From: Eubacteriales bacterium
Lineage (GTDB): Bacteria; Bacillota; Clostridia; Christensenellales; Aristaeellaceae
Assembly: GCA_031555125.1 (NCBI GenBank)
Contig: JAVBUS010000046.1
Coordinates: forward strand, 1-25,491
Direction of reading: 5' to 3'
Length of the DNA: 25,491 nucleotides
Made by a program: the position numbers and the translations under genes. The notes below the pieces were generated by a model, which saw nothing but the letters and a program-made list of their open reading frames with translations, ran no database searches and had not been told where the DNA came from. Shown one piece after another: positions 23,478-25,491 of the stretch (positions are counted from its first letter, which is position 1; each line of letters opens with the position of its first letter).

Positions 23478-25491
23478 ATGACAAAAGCGCGGGCGTTCTG
23501 GCATTTGGCGGTGATGTTGATCTTTGGTCAATGCTTCATAGGGGCTATGACTGTTGCCGCACCAAGTCCCATTACCCTGGTGGAGGGAATTTCTAGCGAG
23601 TCCATTCACGCGATTTGTGCGGATGGTGAAGGTGCGGCATACCTTTTGTGCGATGATGGCATATTGGTTGTGCGCGCCAATGGTATGGATATTGTTTCCT
23701 TGCCGGTGCCAGGGGATGGGCTATGTACCGTTATTTGGAGTAACGGTTTCTTGTTAGGGCTGAACCGAGAAGGTACCGTTATTTATCGACTGGATCAAGC
23801 AAAGTGGCAGCCATTATGCATGCTTCAAACGGCGCTTACTCCGCCTAGATCGGGTGCTGAGCTTTGGATTACACGTTGTATCGCCCAAGATGGGTACATG
23901 TTTCTGTCATATTTTGATACGGAGACAGATGCTGAGCGCACAATACGCATTGATCTAGCTACAGGTGTAAGCGTGCAGCTGCCCCAACAAGGGTTGTTAA
24001 CCTTGCTGTGTCCATGGCAGCAAGGCGGCGTATTACTCATGGTGGAAATCGAAGGTGCATATGGTCTGAACGTCTATTCGGTGACGGAAGACGCGTTGAC
24101 GCCCTACGGTATAGCGGGATTGCCCGCTTTATGGTATCGCGCGGCATATCACCCATCAAGTCAGGCACTTTTTTGCGCAGATGCGGCCGGACGCATCATG
24201 ACCTATGTGCCGGGAGAAGCGATTCAACACATTGTTACAGTCGAGGGGCTGCTGGACATTGCACCGATCGAGGACAACTTGTTGTTGTTATGGACAGGAG
24301 AAGGCCTTTTCTTTTGCGATACGAAGTTGGCAGAAAACATGCCTGTCCTCGCCACGATGGGAATGGCCGGTAAGGATGCAGCGATGTTTTTCAGCGAATC
24401 AGGTATACGCGTTATTGATGCACAGATAGAACTGCTGTCGGCCTATGATCACTTTGTGCGATCTGTGCTTTCGCAGGATGACAGTATTGATGTATACGCT
24501 TTTTTGACGCGAGATGGCATGCGGATGATCAAAGAAAAGGGTTTTTTTGCGGATTTGCGTCAGAGCGAGACGCTGGCGAATCTATCTGCCGAACTGTATC
24601 CGCTGGTTTGCCGCGCGGTGGAAACGGAGGATGGACAAATCGCAGCCTGGCCACTGGAGATACAGATGGGGTTACGGCAAAATGAGATGGATGTAAGCCA
24701 ATATGGTCTTTCGACCCCGAGCACCTTTGAGCAGATGCTCGATGTTGCTAAGGCGTTGGTAGATGACGGCGTTATGGACGATCCCAATGCGCGAATGTTT
24801 TCCCAACAGTCCTATAACCAAAAAGATATGTTGGAACACTTTGTCCAGCTTTATGTTCAGGTTTCGCGATTAACGGGTGCGCCGGTTCATTTTGATACAC
24901 CGGTTTTTGAGCGGGTTGTGACGCGCATCTTGCAGGAGTTGCCGGTGGAGTCGCCTGAAATGGTCTCGGAAGGAGAAGGAGACCCGACGGTTTTTCGCCT
25001 CAATGTGGTGCCCTTCACCGTGCACGAGCTAGGGGACTATCCGCTTGCTATCAGCGAAGAAGCGCTGCCGACGATTGAAACTTATTGCCTTGTCGCAGTC
25101 ATTAATCCGTATTCCAAGCGCATTCCAGAGGCATTGACATACTTGGAGTACATCGCCAGACAAAGGGATGTTTTCGCCTATTTCCTGTATGCAAGCATGA
25201 CCGATCCTTTGGCGGACGGGGAAGTAACGGATGAAATCGCCGAGCTCACCTTAGGTCTGGCAGATGCGCAGCGCGATTTGCAGCAGGAGGATACCGCGGC
25301 GAACCGCAGATTGGTTGAGGAGCTATCGCAGCGGATCGAGAAGCTAAGGCAACGGTCGCTTCACGTGACGGCGGAGGATATTGCAAAATACCAGGAATAT
25401 GCAGAACGCCTGTATATTTATGAATATGAGGAAGTGTATTACGATGATGAGATGGAGCGGTACGGAGAGCAACTATTTGGGGGCGTCATCG
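23478..25491 (+). CDS. Large secreted protein, 3' truncated (at least 671 aa): beta-rich N-terminal half plus extracellular solute-binding-protein-like C-terminal half
   Basis: Manual translation from ATG 23478 (RBS GGGAGG) finds no stop up to the window end: MTKARAFWHLAVMLIFGQCFIGAMTVAA... The C-terminal half has IDVY, GFFADL..S..L, AWPL and VINPYSK..PEA..YLEY, SBP-like segments. Absent from the ORF track, presumably because it has no stop codon in the window. Confidence 0.8.
   Translation, partial: MTKARAFWHLAVMLIFGQCFIGAMTVAAPSPITLVEGISSESIHAICADGEGAAYLLCDDGILVVRANGMDIVSLPVPGDGLCTVIWSNGFLLGLNREGTVIYRLDQAKWQPLCMLQTALTPPRSGAELWITRCIAQDGYMFLSYFDTETDAERTIRIDLATGVSVQLPQQGLLTLLCPWQQGGVLLMVEIEGAYGLNVYSVTEDALTPYGIAGLPALWYRAAYHPSSQALFCADAAGRIMTYVPGEAIQHIVTVEGLLDIAPIEDNLLLLWTGEGLFFCDTKLAENMPVLATMGMAGKDAAMFFSESGIRVIDAQIELLSAYDHFVRSVLSQDDSIDVYAFLTRDGMRMIKEKGFFADLRQSETLANLSAELYPLVCRAVETEDGQIAAWPLEIQMGLRQNEMDVSQYGLSTPSTFEQMLDVAKALVDDGVMDDPNARMFSQQSYNQKDMLEHFVQLYVQVSRLTGAPVHFDTPVFERVVTRILQELPVESPEMVSEGEGDPTVFRLNVVPFTVHELGDYPLAISEEALPTIETYCLVAVINPYSKRIPEALTYLEYIARQRDVFAYFLYASMTDPLADGEVTDEIAELTLGLADAQRDLQQEDTAANRRLVEELSQRIEKLRQRSLHVTAEDIAKYQEYAERLYIYEYEEVYYDDEMERYGEQLFGGVI

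Noticed and set aside
23554-24787. Short ORFs listed in the track for the last 2 kb
   Set aside because: All overlap the single long plus-strand frame starting at 23478, which has an RBS, a signal peptide and no stop.

Overview
GC-rich (about 65-70% in sampled coding lines) bacterial chromosomal segment. Gene content, strong GGAGG ribosome-binding sites and near-consensus sigma70/SigA promoters suggest an anaerobic Firmicute (Clostridia-like); this is inferred, not proven. Gene order: GT2 glycosyltransferase and nitroreductase (minus strand); pflB-pflA; secreted CHAP-domain protein; OmpR-type regulator plus multi-TM histidine kinase; a four-gene membrane operon (XpaC-like, TelA-like, LemA-like, TPM-domain); lysA (minus strand); DUF3137-like protein; a LacI-controlled sugar locus (CUT1 ABC binding protein, 2 permeases, trehalose-phosphorylase-like GH65, Cys-type sulfatase); and a truncated, lower-GC (about 50%) large secreted ORF missing from the supplied ORF track. 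Intergenic spaces hold several REP/MITE-like palindromic elements, some with compensatory changes between copies. No rRNA, tRNA, CRISPR array or transposase was seen. Best leads: the XpaC-TelA-LemA-TPM operon, the GH65+sulfatase catabolic unit, the structured repeat families and the truncated beta-rich/SBP-like protein. All family assignments come from motif recognition by eye; no searches were run.
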